A DNA stretch of 64,000 nucleotides from the human T2T-CHM13v2.0 reference genome, Homo sapiens. The DNA is taken from assembly GCF_009914755.1 (NCBI RefSeq), contig NC_060935.1; one strand, given 5' to 3'. Positions within the stretch are counted from its first letter, which is position 1. The number at the start of each line of letters is the position of its first letter. Positions 12,715-24,271 of the stretch are shown piece after piece. The notes under the pieces are model-generated. The model was not told where the DNA came from. It saw only the letters and a list, made by a program, of their open reading frames with translations, and searched no databases. The translations under genes were made by a program, and so were the position numbers.

Positions 12715-15700
12715 GTTGTTATTATAATTTTTACTTTCAAATAATTTCAATATTACAGAAAAGCTGTAAGAATAACATAAAGAACTACCGTATAATACTG
12801 TCATCCAGATTCTGCAGGTATTAACATTTTGTCACATTTGCCCTCATTTTGTGTGTGTTTATGTGTAATTTTTTCTGAATAAATTCACAAAATGGGGCAG
12901 TCAGAATGCCACTTCCCTGCTAAATACTTCAGAGTAAATTTCCTAAGAACAAACATATTGTCTTATATAAGCACAGTACAGTCATCAAAATAATTGTAAC
13001 CAAGAGTAGCACAATCTATTATCAAATCTACAGATCTTTTTCCAATTTCTCTAATCTTCAGAATCAGTGTCCTTCATTGTATTTCAGGATCCAGTCCAGA
13101 ATAGATTTGTCAGATCTTTGTCTTCCATGAAATTTGATTTTTGAAAAGTAAAGAACAGGTTTTTTTGTTTTTGTCTTTTGTTTTTAAGTGTTTTTTGGTT
13201 TGGGCTTGACTGATGTTTTCCTGTAAGAAGATTTAGGTGACTCATTTTCAGAAGGAATATTCCAATGGTGATGAAGTGACTTTCTTAGTGTATCATATCT
13301 GAAGGTCCACAGTATTATTTTGTTCCATTAATAGTGATGTTAAATTTGATCTGTTGGCTAAAGTGCTGTCTACAATATCTCCACTATAGTCACTAGATTT
13401 TTCTCTTGTTATTGATAATTAACTTTTGAGAAGATACTTTGAGATTATGTAAATATCTTGTTTCTCATTAAATTTTACCCATCAGTTTGATGATTTTGCT
13501 TAAATAAATTAGCGTGATGGTTGCCAAATTTTAATTTTCTAACTTGACTGTTTCTTCTATAAGAATAGCATTTTACTATAAAAAAGAGAGGTGTTTTTTG
13601 TTTGTTTGCCATTTATGTGCTTATAATTAAGAACCCTGACCTGGATGCTAGGTGTAGTTATTGCTACTTAGGTGGCATAGTTTCTAAGACCTGTCTGGGG
13701 AGACATAGCTAGAAAATATATGTAATACAGAAACATGCACACATGAAAAAACATACGTGTCTATCTAATCTATCTGAAAAACCGTGAATATGTACTGATA
13801 CCTTTAGTCTGAATCCAATACCACATGCTTAATTTGAGGCTTCTCTCCTTATGCTTAACTTTTTAAAATTACTTACTTGTTCATTCCTAGAATACACAAA
13901 AAGTTGTTTCAGAAATATCAACCCATACCACAGCTACAAACAAATCTACCAACTAGAATTCAATATTTGTTTACAGTTCTTTAAAGCTTTAGTCTAAGAA
14001 TATATAGTAAAAATGTTCAAAAATTATTTTTTTAATTAGCTGTCACACTCAAGTGTTATGACTTTATTTATTTGAAACACAATTAGGCTTATGAGTTTCT
14101 GCTTCTATTTCAAGTACTCCCCCAACAACTTTGTGGATCCATTATTTACGTTTAAGTATGCAAATCATTAACATGTTTCCAAAGTAAGAATTATACAAAA
14201 AGATAACAAAAAAGTATCAGGCCTGCACCAAAATCCCTCCGCTTCACTTTCAAACTCTCCCAAGAGATAAACACAAACATTTGTTTCTGGTTTATCCTTC
14301 ATGTGAGTGTCCATGGTGATGTTTTCCTGTTTTTTTTCTTATTTTCTCTCTCTTGCACAATAGGTAATATTAAACACATGCTTATATGCCTTTGCACTTT
14401 TTTTCACTCAACAATATATCCTAGAATCACATAGTGTCATTTTTCATTACTTGTTGAAGCCACATGATAATCTATTGTCTGGGTAGGCCACAACCGAACT
14501 TTCGTACATGAGCATTTGGTTACTTCTGATATTTTGTAATTCCAAACAATGATTCAAAAACCTTGAATAGATCTATTTCGTATTGTTGAATGTGTACTAT
14601 AGGGTAAATGACAAGAAATTGAATACTGGGTTGAACGTGTACGTAGTTTTGACAGATTTGCCAAATTTTCCTCCATAAGTGGTGTACCAATTTGTATTCC
14701 CACCTGCCACTTGTGGGAATGTCTGTTTCCCTACAGCTTTGCCAACAGAAGAGGTTGTCAAGCTTTGATATTTCCAGTTTGAGAATTTCAAGATGATATT
14801 CCAGTGTAATTTCAAACCACATTTCTCTGATTATAAATAAAGTTGAACATCTTTTTGACATCTTTAATACTTTTTATGTAAATTGTTCATTTCTTTGGCC
14901 CATTATTATTTAATATTTGAGTTTTTCCCCTAAATTTAAAAGAATTCATTTATAAATAATCCTGAAGAAACTGAATAACTATATGAAAAATAATAAAAAT
15001 TTTCCCCAAATGTTAAAAAATTTATGTCTACATATACATTACTTACATATTAATATTTATATTAATATACACATATGTATATAAATACAGCTACATATAC
15101 AACTCTATATGCATATTAATGTATATCATATAGACTTATAGATGTGTAATAGACATTTATACATATTACACATATATGTATATATATTTGCAAGTATATA
15201 TTTTTCAAATATATATTAGAAATAATATGTTATACATCGTATATAATATGTGCAGTATATATTATGGATAAAGAGTACCATTTGCATATTAATTATAAAT
15301 TAATAGGACTAATATCTCATATATTGATTTATGATGGACCAATACGTATGAAATATTAGCCCTTTATGTGTGATATATATTATAAATATTTTCTCCTGGT
15401 TTGTTATTTCTCTTTTGTCTTTGCTTATAATTTTTTGCCATGCAAAGGTTTTCGTTGTTTTAATCTTATGAAGTTGCATTTAGTTCATCTCCATTTTGAC
15501 TCAAAATCAATATTCTTTTCTACACCAAGTTTATAAAGAAATTAACTCAGGTTTCTGCTATTACTTTATTACTTTCATGGTTTCATTTTTACATTTAGCT
15601 CCCTGATCTACTTGGAGTTTATTTTTGTGTTTAATGTGAAGTGTAAACCAAATTTTATTCTGTTGATATAGTAATCCCATTTCTTCAGAACTGTTTAGAA

Positions 15701-16600
15701 AATGTTTATATTTCCCTAGTTATTTAAGATGCCACCTATATTCCTGTGTACCTAGGACTATTTCTGGACTTTTATTCTATTCCACTGATGTGTCTGACTA
15801 TTCTTGTTCTAATACCACATTGGTTTACTAGATTGTGCTATCTGGTAAGTCTAGTGTCCCTAACTGCTTCTTTTTCAATTTTTTCCTAATTATTTGTTCT
15901 TGTTATTTTGCCATATAAGCCCTAGTAACTAGAAAGTTTGTGATATAGTTACTGATATTTAGTGAATTTATAATTTAAGGAAAGCAGAAATATTTTTCAT
16001 ATGGGTTTTATATATTCCTTGTTAAGTTTATTTGTAAAATTTTTCTTTTTTATTTCTATCGTGTGTATGATTTTCTTTACCATTAAATCCCCTAACTGGT
16101 TATCATTTTATTAAGGTTATAGATTTCTTTACGTTATGTCAGCTACCTTATTAAACTCTTACTGTTTGAGTATGTTAGTTTTATTATTGCTTCCCTAAGG
16201 TTTCTTAAGAACACTTCCATGTCATCTGAAAATGGTTATTGATTTCTTTTATATAGCTGCATTGGCTATTAATCCAATATTAAATTGTAGCAGATATGGT
16301 GGTACATTTTTGTCCTGATCTTAGTGAAAATGTTGCTAGGGCTTCCCCATTTCTTAGTATCTTAAGATGCTGGCTTTATGAATGAGGTTAATGCATTTTA
16401 TCAGGCTAAGGAAGTATCCATCAATTCATTCTTGTAGTTTTCTTGTTTTGAAATCAGCAAGGAGTGTAGAATATGTCAAAGTTTTTTGTTTTATTTTGTT
16501 TTTCTCATGCATCTATGAAGATTAATCATCTTATAAGTGATGTTTTTCTGTAATTTTCTTTTTGTACTGTCTTTATCAAATTGTTAAAGATTTGGTAGAA
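12715..16600 (-). mobile_element. Cluster of old L1M fragments (3'UTR and ORF2), with a TA-rich low-complexity patch at ~15020-15340
   Basis: Minus ORF 14520-14861 'MSKRCSTLFIIREM...EYHL' resembles the L1 ORF2 C-terminus; L1 motifs 'ggtgtaccaatttgtattcccacc', 'ctatttctggacttttattctattccactgat', 'ggctaaggaagtatccatc'. Confidence 0.75.
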
Positions 16601-17404
16601 TTTATTTGTGTGTTCACCTAGGCTTTCTCTATTTATTTTATAGAAGTTAGTAAGTTTGGGAAAATAGGCAGCCCTAATATATCATCTATTTAATCTATAA
16701 AAGCAGTCAGGCCTCTGTGATCGGTAGGGCCCAGGGCAAGAACACAAATGGAGATCTATATAATGTCTCTAAATATTTCAGAGTTATAAACTAAGCAATA
16801 AACTGTGAATAATGTGTTTTGTCTTTCTACTTTGATACATACATCTTCACATGGGTCTGTAAGGCCAAGTTTGAGTTTAGAATTCTCATATTCCTCACTG
16901 TTTTGTTCTGGATCATAATGGCATGGAGAATGGCAATCACAACCAACTCATTTGATTTGCTTTTTCTTCTTCCAGTGGGTAGCCACAGTAGATGTGTGTA
17001 TACATCTGAGACCACATGACCATTGTCTTCTCATGTCACTGTCTCCACAAAGAGCTGCCTATTGTCCATTCCATGGGCAGTTAGTCCTTAGGAGTACTAG
17101 CCTGCGATGGGGGCCCCTAGGGTCTCTGGAAATGGGTTTACGTTTATTTGAGCATGATATTTCAGAGTGCAATATACTCAGAGCATGGTCGAGAAGGGGT
17201 AACATGGATTTGGTGTGGAAATTCCACTTGGCCCTGTGAAATCCTTGTCTCTTGGAGAGAGGTAAGTCTTGAAGAATGTCAGAGTGGTCCCGTAAGTATA
17301 ACCAGGCCCTCATACAACCTATACAAGGTTGCCTGAGTCCAAAGGGAGTAGTATTACAGAGTAAAGCAAAATGGTTTTGCCTATCAAATTTGTGTGTTTT
17401 GCAT

Positions 17405-18030
17405 TGGAGCAGAAAATGTAAAAAGAAAGAACAAGTTAAAGGGAGGAACAAGCCTTCTCTTGCTAGGCTGACTCACTCCAAGACCTACGATAGGCAGCAG
17501 AGCTCTGAAAAGGATTTAATAACATTATCTGCAAAACCAGAGCCCTCAAGGAATGTGCTCTAGAGCCCCCTCTCCTCCCAGTTAGGAGCAAAAAAACAGG
17601 TTTTTCTCCTCTCCCAGCTCCCCTCCTTTTTGTAAATCCTTCCTTAGTGAAACTCAAGGTTCCTTCACAAAGTTTTACAGATTCCCGTTTCTCTTCTGTG
17701 TAACATAAAAAGGTCACAAGACATGCTTGAGTAAGACAGGTACCAGCTGTAAACCCTGCCTTAGCTTGATAAGTTCCTGTTTTTCCTCAAGTTGCAAAAC
17801 CTGTCACAGTATGATTAACTGCCTTTGTTCTGCTTCTGTAAGCCCGTTTGCCTGCCCTGTAAGTTTTGCGCCACTAGATGGCCTACCCCCTTGGTTGCAT
17901 GTATAAAAGTCAAGCCCTGTCTTTGTTCAGGGCTCAGCTTTTTCAATGTGAATCTGCTGGGCCTGAGTGCACTCAATAAATCACCCTATTTCACCTGTTT
18001 GGTCTCTCCAGTCCTCTGATTCCTGCAGTA
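17405..18030 (+). mobile_element. 5' LTR (ERV3/LTR4-like)
   Basis: Direct repeat of 26253-26886; starts TG; TATAAAA 17902-17908; AATAAA 17975-17980; ends gattcctgcagta. Confidence 0.95.
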
Positions 18031-18036
18031 TTTTTC

Positions 18037-18054
18037 TGGGGGCTCCTGTGGGAT
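18037..18054 (+). promoter_or_regulatory. Primer binding site, tRNA-Pro type
   Basis: TGGGGGCTCCTGTGGGAT vs canonical Pro PBS TGGGGGCTCGTCCGGGAT, 15/18 identical, 6 nt after the LTR. Confidence 0.85.
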
Positions 18055-18254
18055 TGGAGATGACAGGTTTACTGTCTCCTTTGCCTGTGGGACTTGAACC
18101 CCAGGCAAGGGAAGACCCATGACCCCTGGTGCCATCAGAAGAACTTCAACGCAGAGAGGAGATTGGCTGTCCTGCAACTCAGTGCCCTTCCCTGATAGTG
18201 CAACGAAACCTAAGGGGCTGTAGGACGATTCTTGGGACAGTGTGCTTCAGGACC

Positions 18255-18263
18255 ATGGTAAGA
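18255..18263 (+). promoter_or_regulatory. Candidate major splice donor of the proviral leader
   Basis: ATG|GTAAGA near-consensus donor between PBS and gag. Confidence 0.55.
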
Positions 18264-18740
18264 TTTGGGGCCCAAGGCAGGATCCATCCCATAAGGATGG
18301 AAGGGGAGCCTGATCACTTCCCAGGGTGTAACTAGTAGCTCGACACAGGATGCGAGACTGGCTCGCAAAGTTGGGGAAACTTACACCCCACCCGACCCAG
18401 GATGTGAAAGTGGTTTGCAAAGTTGGTCTAGAAAGCAACTGGGAAGTGTGTGACTGCTTATGAAAGAGGCAGTTCCAGGAGGATTCAATGCGGGGAGTGA
18501 TGTGTGGGGGGCACAGGTCTCTTAGCATAGACTGTACACTCCAAGTGAATTGTGGGACCAACAGGGACTAGCGGTGATCTGCATATGGCTTGGGGAGGTG
18601 CCCCACAATTTAGTAATTGTGGGAGATTAACAAACACTTCAAAGCTAAGCAGTGCCTGAAAACTCCTGCGAGGGGGGTGGTCTAATCCGTCTGAAGCAAA
18701 AGAGAGAGAGAGAGAATGTGTTGCACTGTAACTGGGAGAA

Positions 18741-20424
18741 ATGGGAGGGAAGTCATCAAAACCCACCCCATTAGAATTCATGTTAAAGAACTTTAAAAAT
18801 GTTACAAGGGGGATTATGGAACCCAGTTGACCCCCTAGAGGTTAAAAACTCTGTGTGAAATAAAATAGCCTTCTTTTGAAGTCGGATGGCCAGCCGAAGG
18901 GACAGTATATAAAGGAACAATTGGCCATGTACATCAGGTAGTAACCAGTGTCGGAGGACAGCCAGGGCACCCAAACAAGTTTCCCTACGTTGACTTGTGG
19001 CTAAATGTGGTCCAAAACTAACCTGCATGATTCCAGCCCTGCCTGGTGTCTTACTGCAAGATGCTCGTAGCCCGAACTGAGCCTAAAGTGAAAGTCAAGT
19101 CAGCTTCACCGGCAGCTGTGGAAATAAAGGAGGAATCACCTAAAGGGCAGGAAAAACCACCATTACAGGAGCCACCGGAGGAAACAGAAATCCCTCCTCC
19201 CTGTACTCCATTATCCCCCATTTGACGAGACCAATGGCCAGCGTGGAGTCAGATTCAGAGAATGACACACCCCAAGCTTCACCCCAGAGGGAGGAACCAG
19301 AGCCCCCACCCCAGGGGGTCAAGGAGGAAACTCAGGACGATCAGACAAGCCGTCTCCAGTCTGGCCGTACTTGGGCTTTGCAGATACCCCTCCAGGAAAT
19401 ACAGGGACCCCTCTATTATGATGAACATGGCCAGATTCAAAGGGGGCAACAAACCTTCATTTATCAGCCTTTCTCGATCACTGATCTCCCCCTCCTACAC
19501 GGAGAAGACACAGGCCCTCATAGATCTAATGCAGTCCATCTTCCTGACACACAATCCAACCTGGCCAGATTGCAAGCAAGTCCTTCTAATGCTGTTAAAT
19601 ACTGAAGAGTGCTGAAGAGTGACCCAGGCAGCCCTCCACTGGCTAGAAGCCACTATGCCGGAAGGCACACTTAATGTCCAAGCATATGCTCAAGACCTAT
19701 TCCCAGAAGCAGACCCTCACTGGGACCCAAATGATGCAACCCAGTTTCAGCACCTGCAGAAGTACCAAGAAGCACTTCTGCAAGGGCTAAGGGAAGGCGA
19801 AAATAAGCCAATCAATTTAGGAAAGATCTCAGAAGTGCTTCAAGGAACTGACTCTGTGAGGCATTCAGGCTTTACACTCTGTTTGACCTTGAGGCTACTG
19901 AAAATCAGTGCATGGTAAATAGAGTGTTTGTAGGACAAGCCCAGGGAGACATCAGGCTGAAGCTGCAAAAGCCAGAGGGTTTTGCAGGCATGAATCCTAC
20001 TCAGTTTATAGAAGTAGCCACCAAGGTGTACGTCAACCATGACCAGGGGCAAAAAAGGAAGCTAATCAGAGACTTAGGAAAAAGGCTGATCTGCTTGTGG
20101 CAGCCCTCATAGAAAGAGAAACTGGCATCACCAGGGGATGCAGACGTGGGCACAGAAAGAGAAACTGGCATCACCAGGGGATGCAGACGTGGGCACAGAA
20201 AGGGCCAGGCTGGGCAGAGGACTGGAAGCCCACCAAGGCTAGATAGATAGGAATCAATGTGCACAATGTGAAAAGAGAGGACACAGGAAAAATGAGCATC
20301 CAGAGGACAATGAAGAAGATAGCCAAGGCTGTGAGACAGGCCACCAGCCAAGGGCTGCCACACCCTGAGGGAACCGGATACCAACCTGATCATGCTGGAA
20401 GGGACTGGAGGATATGAAGACTAG
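18741..20424 (+). pseudogene. gag: Retroviral gag, disrupted
   Basis: Starts MGGKSSKPTPLEFMLKNFK; CA motifs 'QALIDLMQSIFLTHNPTWPDCKQ', 'FPEADPHWDPN', 'KISEVLQG'; degenerate zinc knuckle CAQCEKRGHRKNEH (~20258-20300); TAG 20422-20424; many stops and frameshifts. Confidence 0.92.
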
Positions 20425-20750
20425 GCCAGACCAGGCTCCATCACCATAGGCCCCCAGGAGCCCATGGTCACAGTGGAAGTGGGGTGCCAACTGGTGGACT
20501 TTATGGTAGACTCTGGGGCTGAACATTTGGTGGTGACCTAGCCCATAAGGCCACTATGCAAACACCATACAACTATTGTTGGGGCTACAGGGGTCCTAGA
20601 GAAAAGGCCGTTTTGTCAACCAAGGAGGTGTGTCATAGGAAGATAAGTCCAACATGAGTTCCTATACTTCCCAAATTGCCCAGTTTCCCTGCTGGGAAAA
20701 TACCCACTCCAAAAACTGTAAGCACAGATTGCTTTTGGGCCACAAGTAGC
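20425..20750 (+). pseudogene. pro: Retroviral aspartic protease, disrupted
   Basis: In frame after the gag TAG (gamma-type readthrough layout): GPQEPMVTVEVG...FMVDSGAEH (Asp codon at 20509), then internal stops. Confidence 0.9.
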
Positions 20751-22820
20751 TATGACTTTAAACCTGACACTCCCAAAGGCCATGGTAATAATCCTTACCA
20801 TCCCGCAGACTGACAAATGGAGACTATACACAAAAGAGTCACCAGAACCAGGAATAAATGAACTGTATGGGCTACTTAATAAAATTCCTGGAGTATGGGC
20901 TGAAGACAACCCACCTGGGCTGGCTAAAAATCAGGCACCAGTAGTAGTAGAGTAATAGAGTAGTAGAGTTGAAACCAGGGGCAGTTTCACCAGTTCAGTT
21001 CAGTTTCACCCCAGTTCAGTTTCACCAGTACCCGTTTTTCCAAGAAGTCATATGGGACATTCGCAAACACTTAGAGCAACTCTTCAAACATGGAATCATA
21101 GTCAAATGCCAGTCACCCTGGAACACTCCTCTCCTGCCGGTACAGAAACCATCTGGTGAATAGAGGCTGGTGCAGGACTTATGTGCTGTGAATGAGGCTA
21201 CAGTGACCATCCACCCAGTGGTACCTAATCCATATTCTTTAACGGGACTTATTTCAGCAAGTGCTGTCTGGTTTGCTTCCCTAGACCTGAAAGATGCATT
21301 CTTCTGTCTTCGTCTGGCACCAATTAGCCCATCTTTGCATTTCAATGGAGCGAATTGCAGTTCACCTGGACAAGACTCCCACAAGCATTCAAAAACTCTC
21401 TCACAATCTTTGAAGAAGCACTGGCTTCAGACCTCAAGGCCTAGCCAAATGACAATTGTGCCTTGCTGGAATATATAGATGACCTGCTTCCAGCAGACCC
21501 AACCCAAGAGGACTGCCTCCAAGGAATCCAAGACCTCCTCCACCTCCTGTGGAAAGCCAGATATAAGGTGTTCAGAAAGAAGCTCAAATCTGTTCCAAAA
21601 GAGTCCAGTATTTAGGCTTCGAAGTGAGTCAAGGGGAATGATAGCTAGGCAGTGAGCCAAACTAAGCTGTTTGTGCACTCCCAACTCCAACTACCCAGCA
21701 TCAAATAAGATAATTTTGGGGGACAGCATGGTTCTGCCACATTTGGATCCCAAATTACTCACTGATGGCCAGGCCTTTATATGAAGCCACAAAAGAGGGG
21801 GAAGGGAACCCCTACTCTGGGAGGCTGACCAAGATAGGGCATTTAAACAAATCAAAGAAGCCTTAACCCAGGCCCCAGCCTTAGGACTTCCTGATCTAAC
21901 TAAACCTTTCTTTCTGTATGTCCATGAACAAAAAAGAATGGCAATAGGGGTCCTAACTCAAGTCATAGGATCATGGTATCATCCGGTGGAATATTTATCC
22001 AAGGAATTGGATCTCGTGGCACTAGGATGGCCTCTGTGCCTTAAACCACTAGCTGCCACAGCCCTACTGGCACAAAAAGCTGACAAACTAACCCTGGGAC
22101 AGCAACTGACCATCCAGTACCATACTTGGTTATAATTTTAATGGATCAGAGAGGACACCATTGGTTATCAAATCTGAGAATGACTCAATACCAACAGCTC
22201 CTATGCGAGAATTCTCCCATAACTCTAGAGACAGTAAATACCCTAAACCCAGCTACCTTGCTCCCAATTGAACTGGGACCGGGAGCCCCGCTTCATTGTT
22301 GTGTAGATGCAGTAGACGAAGTATTCTCAAGCCAGAGGGATCTCACAGACCAACCCCTCAGGGATCCAGATGTAGAATACTTTACAGATGGAAGCAGTTT
22401 TGTACTAGAAGGGGTCTGACAGGCCAGGTATGCAGTAGTAACATTAGACTCAGTGATAGAGGCTCAGTCTGTCTACTGGAACATCAGCCCACAAAGCAGA
22501 GCTAATAGCCCTGACAAGAGCTCTCTGGTGTCAAAAGACAAAAAGGTCAATGTCTATACAGATTCCAAATATGCCTTCGCCATGTTGCATGTTCATAGGG
22601 CTATATATAAATAAAGAGGACTCACAACTGCTGAGGGTAAAGAAATAAAATATAAAGAAAAAATTCTACAGCTTTTAAATGTAGTATTGGCCCCAAAGAA
22701 AGTGGCAGTTATACTTTGCAAGGGGCACCAAAGAGCAGGAACACTAGAGGCCAAAGGAAACAGAAAAGTGGACAGAGAGGTAGCAATGGCTACCCTACAT
22801 TGTGAAGAGGAAGCCATAGC
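20751..22820 (+). pseudogene. pol: pol: reverse transcriptase and RNase H, disrupted
   Basis: [43 protein letters not shown] (~21467-21490), RNase H YFTDGSSFV and YTDSKYAF. Confidence 0.93.
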
Positions 22821-23992
22821 TTTACCTCTCCTCCCAGAGCCTCCGCTTCTAGAGGTCCCAAATTATTCTCCAAATGAAAGGGCCTGGTTTGCCAAAGATA
22901 CTGGAAGTTACATTAAAGGAGGATGGTGGAAATTCTCCAATAGGAGGCTAGCCATCCCTGAAACAGTGGCCCCTAGATTTGTGAAGCAATTCCATCAAGG
23001 AACTCATATAGGAAAAACGGCACTAGAAACACTACTGGAACGTCATTTCTATATGCCACGGCTCACTACCATCCCTCAAGCTGTTTGTGAACAATGTCTA
23101 ATCTGTGTCCAGAATAACCCATGGCAAGGGCCCACTCAGCCCCCGGGAATTCAAGAAATGGGAGCCACACCCTGTGAAAACCTAGTCATGGACTTTACTG
23201 AGCTGCCTCGAGCAGGGGGCTATTGGTATATGTTAGTACTAATCTTCACCATTTCAGGATGTGTTGAGGCTTTCCCCACCAGAACAGAGAAAGCACGAGA
23301 AGTAACAAAAGTGCTAATAAGGGACATTATCTCTAGATTTGGACTGCCCCTGATTCTGGGGTCAGACAATGGGCCTGTATTTGTAGCTGAAATAGTTCAA
23401 GAACTAATATGACTGTTAAAAATAAAATGGAAATTACACACAGCCTACCAGCCACAAAGCTCAAGAAAAGTAGAACGCATGAACCAGACACTCCAAAAGC
23501 TACTGAAAAAATATTGCCAAGAAACCCATCTGAGATGGGATCAGGTCCTTCCCATGGTTCTTCTCCGAGTCAGGTGCACCTCCGAGTCAAGCACTCTATG
23601 AGATCTTGTTTGGCCAGCCACCCCCAATCATAGGTCAAATTAATTGTGATCTCCGTGAACTAGGGAAATTATCCTTGAGAAGGCAAATGAAGGCTTTAGG
23701 AATAGCCATGCAAGAAATTCATGGCTGGGTATGGGAAAGAATGCCCATAAGCCTGACAGACCCAACACACCCCTTTAAACCCAGGGATTCAGTTTGGGTT
23801 AAAAAATGGAATCCAACCACTTTGGGACCCATATAGGATGGGCCCCATACTGTAATCTTGTCCACTCCCACAGCTGTTAAAGTTGGAGGAATTTTACCTT
23901 GGATCCACCATAGTCAGCTGAAACCAGCAGCCCAGAACTAGTGGACCAGCCAACAGGAACCAGACCATCCCACTCGGCTGATCCTACGGTGA
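22821..23992 (+). pseudogene. pol: pol: integrase, disrupted
   Basis: HHCC (HQGTH...CLIC), [37 protein letters not shown]...WIH; in-frame TGA at 23410-23412. Confidence 0.93.
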
Positions 23993-24015
23993 GACCAGGT
24001 TGCCAATGGAGCTAG

Positions 24016-24139
24016 CAACTGCCTTGCTCTGGTCCTTCTGGAAGCTGACCAATCTACACACAGCTGAAGCTTGAGGTGACAACTGCCCTGCTCTAGTCAC
24101 CCCAGGAGCTGACTAGCCTATGCACAGCTGAAGCTGGAG
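24016..24139 (+). repeat. Two diverged 64-bp direct repeats between pol and env
   Basis: caactgcc.tgctct.gtc...agctgac...cacagctgaagc at 24016 and 24080. Confidence 0.85.
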
Positions 24140-24146
24140 TAAAGTC

Positions 24147-24269
24147 ATGTTGTTAGAAATCTTAGGTCTAATAGTTTTCCTTGTAATACTAGTTGTTTTT
24201 CTATTGTTCTGCCACTTTAGTCAGCCTCCTCCACCAGGAGAAAGCCTTTTCTGTCCCTGCTGGGTATAA
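24147..24269 (+). CDS. Putative 40-aa single-pass membrane micro-protein upstream of env (hypothetical)
   Basis: Uninterrupted ATG..TAA: [40 protein letters not shown]; below the ORF track length cutoff; no expression evidence. Confidence 0.35.
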   Translation: MLLEILGLIVFLVILVVFLLFCHFSQPPPPGESLFCPCWV

Positions 24270-24271
24270 GT

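Noticed and set aside
15020-15340. TA-rich quasi-periodic tract as a novel satellite
   Set aside because: Degenerate (TA/CA)n low-complexity expansion within L1 with no stable unit
16819-17404. Cluster of overlapping ORFs upstream of the 5' LTR
   Set aside because: No domain similarity or consistent splice structure; expected from locally higher GC
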